From sequence record OQ828465.1: DNA of 64,000 nt; one strand, written 5' to 3'. A program made the position numbers and the translations under genes. Shown in pieces: positions 1 through 17,263 of the stretch (its first letter is position 1; each line of letters starts with the position of its first letter). The notes beneath the pieces are model-generated. The model saw only the letters and a list, made by a program, of their open reading frames with translations. It did no database searches and was not told the origin of the DNA.

Positions 1-2
1 GT

Positions 3-1922
3 TTTCAGAATAACTATTATCAGCAGTGGGCTCAGAAAGTTATTGACTTTCTAGAGTTTCTATTTATTCATCGTCAAATGGTGAATAACCCACAGCAGGC
101 AATGCAGCAAGCTGCATCTCTAGTATGGTCTGGTTTTGTTGGTAAATGTGCTCAAACCTTCCCGCAGCTACAAAGTCTAGTTCAACATCTAATGCCGAAT
201 ATCCAACAGGCACTTGGTGTAATCGGGCAGATTGAATCAGATATCCAAAAGATGCGTATGGGTGGTAACACCATGATGCAGGGTGGATATCAACAACCTG
301 GTGTACAGCCTGGAAGTTTCCCTGGGATGGGTGCAGCAATGGGTCGTCCTGGCATGAGTTCACAACTACCTCCAATTAACGCAGGTATCCAACAGACCTA
401 TGGTCAACCGGCTACCATGGCTAATCCGCAGCTGAACATTCCAGGGGCATATACACCAACAACTAATCATGACGCTGGTCCATCAATTGCAAATGCTGCA
501 TATGACGTACCTGGTTCTTCTCCTTTCCTGGAAAACAAACCAGTCATGCAACCTAAAGACTCTTGGGGTGCCACTGTTGAAGTATCTCCAAATAGTAGTT
601 ATGATACAATCCCTGGTGGAGGTGATGTAATGATTCTACCTGAACTACAACAAAATGCAAATACTGTAACTAATGATAATACGGATCTACCCATCCCTCA
701 AGATGTGAAAGAACTCGTATTCGATCCGAACTATTATGTACCCAATGGATTTGTAATTAATAAAGATCGTCCGATGGATGTTATCTATAATCCAGGTGGC
801 ATTGAAATCCGACCTGCTCATCTAGTTGCAGATAAACCTGATTGGGTACGTACTGCTAGTTCAGCTAATCCATACAGCATCCTAATGGATCCGGCAGTAT
901 ATTGTCGCTTCCTTGCTAAATGGCCTGATAACACTGTACATGAAGTATATCGTAAGTGGGAGAATCACATGGAAATGGATTATCTAAAGCATGAGCTTCA
1001 AGATGATCTCCGTCGTCAAGCACATCGTGGTGGTGGTGCGCGTACTGCAACCAGTTATAAGCTATCTACCATTATGGGTGATGCCAAACCGGTTAAAGAA
1101 GTAGCCGAAGAGTTTTCACCAAATGATGCTGGGTTAACTGATAATCGTGAACATGATCCAGTTATCCTAGAAGGTTATATTGCTTGTGCAAATAATCTTG
1201 AAGCAGAAGCTGGTGCACTCAATGCAGTTCGTGAAGCACTTGAGCTAAGCGAAGATGATGTAGTTCCAGCACATGAGTATCGCGCAGCATCATCCCATCC
1301 ATTTGATGCTTCAACTGAAGTCATGTATGAGATCGAGGATATTCGAAAAGAACCCGATCCGCATCTAATTGCAAAGCGCCTTAAGCAACTAATGCTAGAT
1401 GGTAAGCTGGCTCAACGCTACTATCGGTTCCTAGTTGAAAGGCTCACCAGTGCAGTTAATGAGTTCCTGGCTGATTCAATGAGTCAGAAGGTAACCATTG
1501 ATGACTTCTGTGAAGATATCGGTGACCTTATCGCATATCTGATCGGTAAGAAGGGTAAGTCAGTAGCTGATAAATTTACCGCTAGTATTCCGTTTATTGT
1601 TGGACGGAGTATGTGTGTTAATATTGATCCAGAAGAAGGTAATTCTATTCTAGATCTATCAGTGCGTTTCCAAACTGGCTGGCGCCTTGAGGAACTATCC
1701 TGCCTAAATATTTATACCGAGAAAGCAGTGCTTATCAGTAAACTTACTGAACCTAAGATTACTCAAGTAATCATGGGAATGGCAAAGCGTCTAAATAGCT
1801 CTAAAGATTCAGATGATGCACGTACCCACAAAATGTACATTATCACTGCTGATGGATCTTATCTACAAGTTATTCGTGGCGCTCTTGTTGATAATGCTGT
1901 TCTACTTAAGCTTATCAAATAA
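3..1922 (+). CDS. Hypothetical protein (position of phiKZ gp124), 5'-truncated by the window; Q/G/P/M-rich low-complexity N-terminal region
   Basis: Frame is open from nt 3 (FQNNYYQQWAQKV...) into the 614-aa ORF at 78; followed by a UUCG hairpin. Confidence 0.85.
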   Translation, partial: FQNNYYQQWAQKVIDFLEFLFIHRQMVNNPQQAMQQAASLVWSGFVGKCAQTFPQLQSLVQHLMPNIQQALGVIGQIESDIQKMRMGGNTMMQGGYQQPGVQPGSFPGMGAAMGRPGMSSQLPPINAGIQQTYGQPATMANPQLNIPGAYTPTTNHDAGPSIANAAYDVPGSSPFLENKPVMQPKDSWGATVEVSPNSSYDTIPGGGDVMILPELQQNANTVTNDNTDLPIPQDVKELVFDPNYYVPNGFVINKDRPMDVIYNPGGIEIRPAHLVADKPDWVRTASSANPYSILMDPAVYCRFLAKWPDNTVHEVYRKWENHMEMDYLKHELQDDLRRQAHRGGGARTATSYKLSTIMGDAKPVKEVAEEFSPNDAGLTDNREHDPVILEGYIACANNLEAEAGALNAVREALELSEDDVVPAHEYRAASSHPFDASTEVMYEIEDIRKEPDPHLIAKRLKQLMLDGKLAQRYYRFLVERLTSAVNEFLADSMSQKVTIDDFCEDIGDLIAYLIGKKGKSVADKFTASIPFIVGRSMCVNIDPEEGNSILDLSVRFQTGWRLEELSCLNIYTEKAVLISKLTEPKITQVIMGMAKRLNSSKDSDDARTHKMYIITADGSYLQVIRGALVDNAVLLKLIK

Positions 1923-1928
1923 GCATGA

Positions 1929-1950
1929 AAGCCCCTCTTCGGAGGGGCTT
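1929..1950 (+). terminator. Intrinsic terminator-like hairpin AAGCCCCTC-TTCG-GAGGGGCTT
   Basis: Perfect 9-bp stem with UUCG loop just after the stop at 1922; A/T-rich tail containing TATG. Confidence 0.8.
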
Positions 1951-2002
1951 ATTTATGAGTAATGTATAGTTTAATCAAATATTGTAAAAAAGGAGTAATA
2001 CA

Positions 2003-2635
2003 ATGCTAGCTAAAATGAATAAATTCTTTAAAGAATTACTAAACAAAAATACGGTGAATATGGCAGGACTATTCGATGATGTGGTATTGATGAATAGTTA
2101 TAGTAACTATAAACCAGATTTTAATGACACTGTAGAAGTAAATACAAAATGTGATCTACCGGCAAATGGTAAAGTTCTAGTTCTATATGTCGTTCAAGAT
2201 ACAATGGATATGTATATTTGGGATGGCCAACAATATCTTTCTTATAATCCATATTCCACTGAGCAATTAGCACCAATGATTGATGACCCATCAGCATTTA
2301 TTCCATCAACCAAAGCTAATACTTCTCTAAAAGTAACTTATGGTATCTGGGCGCTTAAGAAAGATCTAGAAACTATCCAGAAGTATTCAATTGGAATGCA
2401 CACTCTTCTTGATAAACATTCACTAGCACGAGTTAATGATAAGAATCCTATTAATAAGGTATTCTTCGAAACATGTCATAAAGCCCTATATACTGCACTT
2501 CGTGAATCATACAAAAACAATATGGTTAAACCACAAATCGCAGATGCAGTTACCAAGGAAGGATGTTGGTTTGGGCGAGATCATCGATCTAATAAACTGT
2601 CATTTAAATGCGGTGAATTTAAGGTTGAATGGTAA
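2003..2635 (+). CDS. Hypothetical protein (position of gp125)
   Basis: 210-aa ORF with AAGGAG RBS. Confidence 0.85.
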   Translation: MLAKMNKFFKELLNKNTVNMAGLFDDVVLMNSYSNYKPDFNDTVEVNTKCDLPANGKVLVLYVVQDTMDMYIWDGQQYLSYNPYSTEQLAPMIDDPSAFIPSTKANTSLKVTYGIWALKKDLETIQKYSIGMHTLLDKHSLARVNDKNPINKVFFETCHKALYTALRESYKNNMVKPQIADAVTKEGCWFGRDHRSNKLSFKCGEFKVEW

Positions 2636-2649
2636 TAATTAAGTAATGG

Positions 2650-2682
2650 CATAAACCCCTCTCCGCATGGAGAGGGGCTATG
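2650..2682. terminator. Bidirectional hairpin CATA..CCCCTCTCC-GCAT-GGAGAGGGG..TATG between convergent genes
   Basis: 9-bp stem between convergent stops 2635 and 2701; T-run follows on +. Confidence 0.8.
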
Positions 2683-2700
2683 TCTTTATTTTTTTTTTAT

Positions 2701-3144
2701 TTAACTACTTTCAAATTCAAGAGTTACTGGTATTGTTGGTATCCACGACAAGTTATTAAAGTATGGATGTATCGTAACCGTATTCCCAGTAATAGGTTGC
2801 GGTTGTATCTCATCTATAATAAATGGAATACCGTAAACATCTCTTAATTTTTCAGCTACTTCTAAATTATCAGTATAGTCAGTTGGTTTACCCGGTACTT
2901 TTATACCAAGACAGTACTCTGGTAAAGAGCGTCTATTAAAGTAAATAACTGTCTCACCTTTAAAATAAAGTGAACTGGTCTTCGCTCTCATTGTTGTTTT
3001 GGCATTTGTACCAGTTGCTAAGAATGTATCAGTCCCTATAAATTCAACATCATCAACAGTTAAATCCCTAGGCTTACCATTATTATCTTTAGGTTTATTA
3101 GCCACATTCCAAGCAGCTACTAATTCAGCTCTTGTATCAGCCAT
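2701..3144 (-). CDS. Putative virion structural protein (position of gp126); member of a 4-gene paralogue family
   Basis: 147-aa ORF; shares Y/F-x-R-x-x-L and L..YGI.F..DEI-type motifs with 3153-4025, 21575-22108 and the N-terminus of 38349-39299. Confidence 0.75.
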   Translation of the reverse strand: MADTRAELVAAWNVANKPKDNNGKPRDLTVDDVEFIGTDTFLATGTNAKTTMRAKTSSLYFKGETVIYFNRRSLPEYCLGIKVPGKPTDYTDNLEVAEKLRDVYGIPFIIDEIQPQPITGNTVTIHPYFNNLSWIPTIPVTLEFESS

Positions 3145-3152
3145 TACACACC

Positions 3153-4028
<876 letters not shown>

Positions 4029-4035
4029 TCGCTCC

Positions 4036-6216
<2,181 letters not shown>

Positions 6217-6236
6217 TTACTCACTTTAAAATTTAG

Positions 6237-8936
<2,700 letters not shown>

Positions 8937-8947
8937 TTTCTAAACAA

Positions 8948-8979
8948 CATAATGCCCTCCCATTACGGGAGGGCTTATG
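8948..8979. terminator. Bidirectional hairpin CATA..GCCCTCCC-ATTAC-GGGAGGGC..TATG
   Basis: Between convergent stops 8936 and 8983; the 21-mer core is identical at 49683 and 54191. Confidence 0.8.
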
Positions 8980-8982
8980 ACG

Positions 8983-10269
<1,287 letters not shown>

Positions 10270-10363
10270 TTAGTCTCCATGGAATGATTGGACAATCCTA
10301 TGTGAATTTCACATCATTACGCTAACAAATTGCGCAATAGCGTTTTATTAAAGGAGGGCAACC

Positions 10364-12679
10364 ATGGCCCACGGTGAAACTGGGTTATATCCATTCGACC
10401 CCAATGGAACAAATCCCCAGAACTTTATTAAAGGTGAGCGCCAAACTCTCCAGGTACCAGATGGTGATGATTATTATTTCATTATACCATTTGCTGCACC
10501 TTTCTTTGTAGATTCATTACGACTATTTAACCCACTGACCAATCAGACTTATGTAGAAGGTGTTGATTACCTTATTGGGCATTGGTTTATTGAAGCTATG
10601 GAATCGATAGGTAGACCTATCGCTGGATCTATACGTATCATGAAGCGTTCGATAAACGCTATGATTGGTATGGATTATCGTACAATAGGTGGGCAATGGG
10701 GATTTAGTAATCAGCAGATCCTGGCTGAGCTTGCACGCAAACAGTATAACCCCTTGATTCGGTCATGGGGTGCAATTGGTCCATTACCTGCTTCTTTCCC
10801 ACCTTTAGAACACAATCAACCTATTGATTCATTAGTAGGTAGTAAAGAGATTCTTGAAGGTATCGAAGGGATTATAGAAGCTATCCGTGCTGCGGCTGCC
10901 GGTACAACTGACCAACATATTCGTGATTATAATAACCCACACAGGGTAACTAAAGCACAAGTTGGCTTGTCACTAGTTCCAAACTATGCAATGGCAAGTG
11001 ATCAACAGCATTTAGATGCTAATCGTAATGATCTATTTACGAACCCACGTGGTACATTAGCATTAGTTAATAAGTTTGCCGTAAATCCGCTTAATGCCCA
11101 CATAGCGGCTAGGGGTAACGTACACGGTCTAACAGCAGCTGATATTAATTTAGGTAATGTTCCTAACTACCCAGCTGCAACACCAACTACTGCGGTAGAC
11201 GTAACTAATGATTCGGTATTATTAACACCTTATACTGCATCTATTCTCTATAGTCAGATTGGTGATGCTTCTAGAATTAATGAACTAGAAGAGAAACTTA
11301 ATCAACATATTAGTAATGAAAATAACCCACACGTTGTAACTGCCGACCAGGTTAATGCATATACTAAAACACAAGTTGATCAACTACTGGCAGGACTAGG
11401 TGGTGGTGATGCTTCTACCTTTGGTGGATTAACACCTGAGCAATGGAAAGATGAATTCCCATCATTCGGTGATATTGAAAGGATGGCAGCCGGCTATAAC
11501 GCTAACTGGGATGATGTACAATTAAAGATAGATACATTACCAGTTATTGTGGATGATACTAGTGAATATGACCGAATGGAATTAATTCAAGGTGTCACGG
11601 CAGGTTTCCATGCTTATGCTGGATTTAATAGTTGGTGGGATTGTACAATTGTCAGAGATGACTGTGTAGTTCATCCTAAATCGCCAGCTAACCCTTATGC
11701 TGTTATACCAGAGCGTTTAGGATATGCTCAGGAATCCTGGGTATCTCACCGATATGGTCAGTATTGGGTAGAGAATGGTGTAGCCAAGTCAGCATGTATC
11801 GATGAAACTAAAGTCGATGAGATGATACCAATTCCAGTAGAATGGACTGCACCTATAGATGGAAATATTCCTTCAAGTATCTGGGCGAATAAAACATCTC
11901 TGTATATGTTAACAGGTAAGTTCATCTTTAGTTCAACAGGTGAATCAGCAATCTTTGAGCACCAAGATCTTTATCGTTGTGTTAAAGGTGGTACATCTGA
12001 ACTATTAGTACCTGCTGTTAATAAACCATGGGCTATATTTACCAATACTGAAGACACCTATCCTGGTGAAATGACAGTTGTTGTAAACATAGGTCCAGCT
12101 AGCAGTGCTGACTATGTATATACAGCTTATGGTATCCCAAGCTTCATTAGTGCTTTTAATGATTTTGTTAACAACACAATTAAACCATTGAATCATGTTA
12201 TTGATTCAATGTCAATTGGTTGCACCCACATCATCATGCATTCAATAGATCCATTAGTTGCTCCTGAAGATTATACATCTGAATCTAGTAAAGTACATGT
12301 CATGGAAATCATCCGCAATGGTAATGATACATCCTTTATGGTTATCTCGCCATTATGGTTTGATGGACGTGGTAACGATGTAACTGCTAATGTAAATAGT
12401 AACCCAATTGGTGGTGTATCAGGATTGTACACACATTACACAGTGATGTATGGTGATGGCCAAATCGCTTTCTTCGGAAATAACGATAATGGACAATGTG
12501 ACGTAGATGACCATGCTGGACCATATATTCAATTGGCAGCAGGGCATAATTTCACTGTGACAGTAAATACTTTGAATCAAGTCATGTTCTGGGGAGATTC
12601 ACCTGATAACTCCTTATTATGGAATGGCAGGGGTACACGTGTGAAACATATTGAACCAACTCCACCCACTGGTCCATAA
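10364..12679 (+). CDS. gp131: Tail-tip/fibre receptor-binding protein with a C-terminal beta-propeller
   Basis: 771 aa; three H-x5-NPH-x-VT-x2-QV repeats; RCC1-like blade (GNNDNGQC...LAAGHNFTV) at the C-terminus; AAGGAGG RBS. Confidence 0.85.
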   Translation: MAHGETGLYPFDPNGTNPQNFIKGERQTLQVPDGDDYYFIIPFAAPFFVDSLRLFNPLTNQTYVEGVDYLIGHWFIEAMESIGRPIAGSIRIMKRSINAMIGMDYRTIGGQWGFSNQQILAELARKQYNPLIRSWGAIGPLPASFPPLEHNQPIDSLVGSKEILEGIEGIIEAIRAAAAGTTDQHIRDYNNPHRVTKAQVGLSLVPNYAMASDQQHLDANRNDLFTNPRGTLALVNKFAVNPLNAHIAARGNVHGLTAADINLGNVPNYPAATPTTAVDVTNDSVLLTPYTASILYSQIGDASRINELEEKLNQHISNENNPHVVTADQVNAYTKTQVDQLLAGLGGGDASTFGGLTPEQWKDEFPSFGDIERMAAGYNANWDDVQLKIDTLPVIVDDTSEYDRMELIQGVTAGFHAYAGFNSWWDCTIVRDDCVVHPKSPANPYAVIPERLGYAQESWVSHRYGQYWVENGVAKSACIDETKVDEMIPIPVEWTAPIDGNIPSSIWANKTSLYMLTGKFIFSSTGESAIFEHQDLYRCVKGGTSELLVPAVNKPWAIFTNTEDTYPGEMTVVVNIGPASSADYVYTAYGIPSFISAFNDFVNNTIKPLNHVIDSMSIGCTHIIMHSIDPLVAPEDYTSESSKVHVMEIIRNGNDTSFMVISPLWFDGRGNDVTANVNSNPIGGVSGLYTHYTVMYGDGQIAFFGNNDNGQCDVDDHAGPYIQLAAGHNFTVTVNTLNQVMFWGDSPDNSLLWNGRGTRVKHIEPTPPTGP

Positions 12680-12691
12680 GAGGATTTAAAA

Positions 12692-13024
12692 ATGGCAGAA
12701 GTTACACGTCAAGAGATGGATGCTCAAATAAATGCTTCTATTAGTAATCAAGGCTTATTTACTAAGGCAGTCCTTAATAAATTCATAGCCGTTATTAATA
12801 GGATCAATGGGCATATTGCAGCTAGAGGTAACCCACATAATCTGCAACCATCGGATATTGGTCTTGGTAATGTGGCTAACTATCGTCCAGCTACTAAGAA
12901 GCGTGCACAAGAAGGTTTCAATAACACTACGTACATGACTCCTAAACGGACAGATGATTATAATCGAGTGCACATATACGGTCCACTTGCGAAATTATTT
13001 AATGACGCAGCAGACCGTCTATAA
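12692..13024 (+). CDS. Short gp131-family fibre paralogue (position of gp132)
   Basis: 110 aa with HIAARGNPHNLQPSDIGLGNVANY repeat. Confidence 0.8.
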   Translation: MAEVTRQEMDAQINASISNQGLFTKAVLNKFIAVINRINGHIAARGNPHNLQPSDIGLGNVANYRPATKKRAQEGFNNTTYMTPKRTDDYNRVHIYGPLAKLFNDAADRL

Positions 13025-13040
13025 ACATCTGACCCGGCAT

Positions 13041-13072
13041 AAGAGACACAGCCAAAAGCTGTGTCTCTTTTT
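13041..13072 (+). terminator. Intrinsic terminator AAGAGACACAGC-CAAAA-GCTGTGTCTCTT-TTT
   Basis: 12-bp perfect stem with U-tract after gp132. Confidence 0.8.
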
Positions 13073-13098
13073 GCTGTTTCAGTTAAAAGGTATTTCTT

Positions 13099-14487
13099 AT
13101 GTATAATCCTATTTTACAATTACCATTTGATCCATTAGGTACAAATCCAGATTGTTTCATTGGTAGCGAGCCTCATACTCTAGTTCAGTATCAGGGATTC
13201 GACTATAGAATCATCAAGTTATATCATGGTGGATTCTATACAAAAGGGTTAGAAGTTTATGATGGTAAATATAATCGTTTAGTTAAAGATATTGATTATA
13301 TTGTTACTTATTATCACAAAGATGCTAGTGCGTATGTCGGTCAAGAAATATGTTCAGCAATTGTTTTCTTAAAAACACCTAGTACACCAATAGTGTATAC
13401 TTCAGCTCACATGGTAGGCGGTGATCTAGCGTTTAGTTTCACAGTTATCGACGATTATATTAACTGGTGGAAAACAAATGGTAAGCCAAAGCCAAAAGAT
13501 CTCGACTACACTGGTAACGAACCATATTGGAAAGACGGTGAGTTAGTTGGCGAACGATGGCATCTTGATACGTATCAGCCTTATAATAACGAGATGGAGT
13601 GGATAACACAGGCACTCATGGCTGGTGATACAAGCGGTGAAGATGAATACCGTAGTAAAGTTAAAGAGATTTATGATGAGTTCTTAAAGAAATTTAATGA
13701 TCGCCTAGAAAAACATATTCAAGATAAAGCTAATCCACACAAGATTACCCCAACTAATGTTGAACTAGGTTTAGTTAATAACTTTCCATTGGCTACTCCA
13801 GCCATTGCTCAACTAGGTCAATCTAATGCACATTATCTAACACCGCAGTTAGCATATGGCGTATTAGATGAAATAGCTATAAAACCACTTAATGCCCACA
13901 TAGCTCGCCGTGATAATCCACATAAAGTCAAAAATACGCATGTACAGTCGTATTTGAAAAGTGATTTTGATTCACGAATTACTGGTAAATATTTAAAGAC
14001 TGATACAGTAGCTAATACTAATATGGTTTATTATAAACCTAAAGGGCAACCAACTGCTACTTTAATGGGTTATAGCGATCTTATTTGGTGGATGCGTAAG
14101 AACTTTGACACAGACGTGAACTTTACAGCTGGCGATGGCCAGAGTAATGTCATCAATATAAATCGGATTGGTTCCGGGGCAATGGGACAATGGAAAGCAC
14201 CACTCCGTGGGAATGGTATTTTTACACACTTTGATCAATTAGCCACAGAGTATTCATATCCGGTTAAGTTAAAGTTTTATGCACTAGGATTACAACCATC
14301 CGTGCAAGCAGCATTAGATTTCTGTAGAACTAACTTCACTAATCCAGATGCATGGCCTATTGGATCTACTGTATTCTTCACTATTAAAGAACAGAAAATC
14401 CAGGCAGCTGGTAACGGATTGATTTTCGTTGATTATACTCCTAACTACGTGTGTTTCCGTTCACAAGGTGGCTGGGTAATTCCATAA
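13099..14487 (+). CDS. gp131-family tail-fibre paralogue (position of gp133)
   Basis: 462 aa; shared N-terminal LPFDP.G.N domain and two NPH repeats. Confidence 0.8.
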   Translation: MYNPILQLPFDPLGTNPDCFIGSEPHTLVQYQGFDYRIIKLYHGGFYTKGLEVYDGKYNRLVKDIDYIVTYYHKDASAYVGQEICSAIVFLKTPSTPIVYTSAHMVGGDLAFSFTVIDDYINWWKTNGKPKPKDLDYTGNEPYWKDGELVGERWHLDTYQPYNNEMEWITQALMAGDTSGEDEYRSKVKEIYDEFLKKFNDRLEKHIQDKANPHKITPTNVELGLVNNFPLATPAIAQLGQSNAHYLTPQLAYGVLDEIAIKPLNAHIARRDNPHKVKNTHVQSYLKSDFDSRITGKYLKTDTVANTNMVYYKPKGQPTATLMGYSDLIWWMRKNFDTDVNFTAGDGQSNVININRIGSGAMGQWKAPLRGNGIFTHFDQLATEYSYPVKLKFYALGLQPSVQAALDFCRTNFTNPDAWPIGSTVFFTIKEQKIQAAGNGLIFVDYTPNYVCFRSQGGWVIP

Positions 14488-14498
14488 GGATAGTTTAG

Positions 14499-15872
14499 AT
14501 GAATCCATTACTTTTACCTCTTCCATTTGATGAAACTGGAGAGAGTTATAGTAACCGAACAAAGGGTGAATACCATTCACTAGCAAAACAGAAAGGATTC
14601 CCCTATCGCATCATCGTGATGGATAAGGGTTACTTTTACACTAAAGGAATGGTTATCAGAGATGGTAGGCAGAATGAGTTAAATCCAGAAATGGATTATC
14701 AGTGTACTGGTATTAATCCAGAAGTAATCGAGAAGACTGGACTTGAAGCGTGTTCAGTAATTGTTATTACAAAACAAGATGTCCACGAGGATATTTACAT
14801 TGATGCTCAGATGTGCGGTGGTATATACTGTAACCTTGCCCCTTCCATATCTGAGCATGCTAACGCTCTTTTAAATAATACCCGTAAACCACATTGGTCT
14901 AATATTTTAGATATTCCTGACCAATTTAAACCTAATGGACATATGCATGCCTATTGGGAACTTTATGGTTTTACGCCTAGAGTTGTTAAGTTAAAAGAAA
15001 TAACTGACTTATTAAAGAAAAGCTCATCAGACTCATATGACTCCATTTTAGATGAGTTTAAATATCAGTTAAGTCTAATAGAAGCTGATCTTAATACAAT
15101 TGAAGCACGACTTACTACACACATCAATGATACCACCACTAACCCACACCAGACACGTAAAGGGCAAGTGGCATTAGGTAATGTTTATAATGCTGGCATT
15201 GCAACTGAAACACAAGCCAAACAGCCAAATGGTGCTATCATGAATGTCTATGCTACGCCATGGTCAATGAAGTTATCAGTTGATACCAATTATACAGTTC
15301 AATACCTGGCACACGTTAATGATGTCACCACTAACCCACACAGGGTAACGGCTGAACAATTAAATACGTATACTGTTACTCAAGCTAATATTTTACTAAA
15401 TCAAAAATTAGATAAAGGTAAAACAGCCAATACGTCTAAACTTTTATTTGGTCAAGATGTTTATAGCATGGGTGAAACAGTACGTGCTAAAATGCCTTTA
15501 AGTGTATTGACGACTGGTCGACTAGCACCTGGTAGGATTGGTAATTCAGCTACCTGGCCAGGCCGTGATTGGACATTGATGCCTAATGGTCAATGGACTC
15601 ATTTCGGTTTTATATTTAATCGCTTCCAAAAAACAGGAACGATGGTCCACTGGAATAACACCAACTTTAAGTCTATTCAAGAAGCAATTGCTTTCCATAA
15701 CACATACTTCTCAGATCCTGAACAATGGTGGCCTGGTTCGTTAGCTATTTGCCATTACGATCAAGAATTCGTTATTGGACATGGCAATGGTACAACAGCT
15801 ACTTCCTATAGGAATACTCTATTCCTACGTAAAGTTGGATCAACGTGGACTAATATAGGGGAACCGGCATAA
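14499..15872 (+). CDS. gp131-family tail-fibre paralogue (position of gp134)
   Basis: 457 aa; LPFDETG N-terminus and two NPH repeats. Confidence 0.8.
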   Translation: MNPLLLPLPFDETGESYSNRTKGEYHSLAKQKGFPYRIIVMDKGYFYTKGMVIRDGRQNELNPEMDYQCTGINPEVIEKTGLEACSVIVITKQDVHEDIYIDAQMCGGIYCNLAPSISEHANALLNNTRKPHWSNILDIPDQFKPNGHMHAYWELYGFTPRVVKLKEITDLLKKSSSDSYDSILDEFKYQLSLIEADLNTIEARLTTHINDTTTNPHQTRKGQVALGNVYNAGIATETQAKQPNGAIMNVYATPWSMKLSVDTNYTVQYLAHVNDVTTNPHRVTAEQLNTYTVTQANILLNQKLDKGKTANTSKLLFGQDVYSMGETVRAKMPLSVLTTGRLAPGRIGNSATWPGRDWTLMPNGQWTHFGFIFNRFQKTGTMVHWNNTNFKSIQEAIAFHNTYFSDPEQWWPGSLAICHYDQEFVIGHGNGTTATSYRNTLFLRKVGSTWTNIGEPA

Positions 15873-17263
15873 TGATTACTTTTTTACCATTAGATCTAAA
15901 AGCTAAATTAGCATCTAATTACATTGTAGATGAGGATCACACACTTATTCAAGTCAATAATAAAACACATCGCGTACTTATGTGTACACATGGTGGTTTT
16001 TATACTAAGGACTTTAATCTACGTGATAAGAAGACTGGTTTATCTTTAAACAAAGATCAATATAAAACAACCTATCTTTATTCACAGTTATCTGAAATGA
16101 CTGGCTTAGAAGTAATGGGTATTGTTGTAGTAACTGATCCTAATGTTAGTCCTAATGTCCAAGTTACATATAGAGCAGTTGGTGGTTTCTTTAGTATTTC
16201 AGCATTAGAACTTAAAGCTGTTTTTGATAAACTTGAATTAGATGAATTAAGTTTCACTTGGGATGATATTATTGGTAAACCCGATGCATATCCGCCTGCA
16301 CCTCACGGCCATGAATATTGGCAGATTTATGGCACAGATACAATGGTAACTGAATTAAACCGAATAGCACACGCTTATCGGGTCGGTAGAAGTGCCATGG
16401 ATAATGCTGCCGATGATTATTATAAAGTTTATCTCACTGATGCAAAAACCGCTGTGGACGATTATAGAGATCGAGTTACAGCACACTTAACTGATTATAA
16501 TAATCCGCATGCTGATGATCGATTCAAGTTAATTCCACCGCTTGATAAGATATCCAACTGGGGTTTTGCTACTGAAGCTGAGTCAGTTAATAGAAACGTA
16601 AATAATAAATACATGCCAATTGGTGGTATTTATCGTATTCTTAATATTGATACGTTGGCTAAACTTGCAGCACATATTAAAAACTTTAATAACCCACATG
16701 CTGTCACAGCTGACCAAGTTGGATCATATACCAAACCAGTGATGGATTCTAAAATAACTCCATTATTAGGTATTAATGAACAAGCTGCTAATGCGACCAC
16801 TATTGGTGCTACTACTAATAGTCAGGGTTATCCAGTTACTGGAACAGGTAAGGTATATCAGAATTTCTGGAATGATGTTCGAAAAGATATTCCAGCTGAA
16901 GAAGTAACTAGTGGCGTATTTAAATGGAATGCATTAGGTAAAGGTAATGCATCAATATTAAATGACCCTGAGAGATATTATCTAGCGAGCGATGGTACTT
17001 GGCAAGACTGGGTTGAAGCTTTTAAAGAGTGGAACAAAGATAAGATTAAAGCCATTACCTTAGGTCAGGTAAATAGTGAAGCAGAAGCATTAAACACGTT
17101 AAATACGATGTTTACAGATAATACCAAATATCCTGAAGGCACTTACGCTGTTGTAGGTGTTAGAACTAATACCCCCTTTGAAGCCTATTATTACCAGCAA
17201 TATGTAGCAGTTAGAAATAATGGTACATGGCGTTGGATGATTCGAGCTGGAGCACTTGTATAA
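15872..17263 (+). CDS. gp131-family tail-fibre paralogue (position of gp135)
   Basis: 463 aa; TAATG coupling to the previous gene; two NPH repeats. Confidence 0.8.
   Translation: MITFLPLDLKAKLASNYIVDEDHTLIQVNNKTHRVLMCTHGGFYTKDFNLRDKKTGLSLNKDQYKTTYLYSQLSEMTGLEVMGIVVVTDPNVSPNVQVTYRAVGGFFSISALELKAVFDKLELDELSFTWDDIIGKPDAYPPAPHGHEYWQIYGTDTMVTELNRIAHAYRVGRSAMDNAADDYYKVYLTDAKTAVDDYRDRVTAHLTDYNNPHADDRFKLIPPLDKISNWGFATEAESVNRNVNNKYMPIGGIYRILNIDTLAKLAAHIKNFNNPHAVTADQVGSYTKPVMDSKITPLLGINEQAANATTIGATTNSQGYPVTGTGKVYQNFWNDVRKDIPAEEVTSGVFKWNALGKGNASILNDPERYYLASDGTWQDWVEAFKEWNKDKIKAITLGQVNSEAEALNTLNTMFTDNTKYPEGTYAVVGVRTNTPFEAYYYQQYVAVRNNGTWRWMIRAGALV

Noticed and set aside
10364-17263. Diversity-generating retroelement or shufflon acting on the fibre genes
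   Set aside because: No reverse transcriptase, TR/VR pair, invertase or inverted fibre cassettes; exact homologies are only 16-18 bp.
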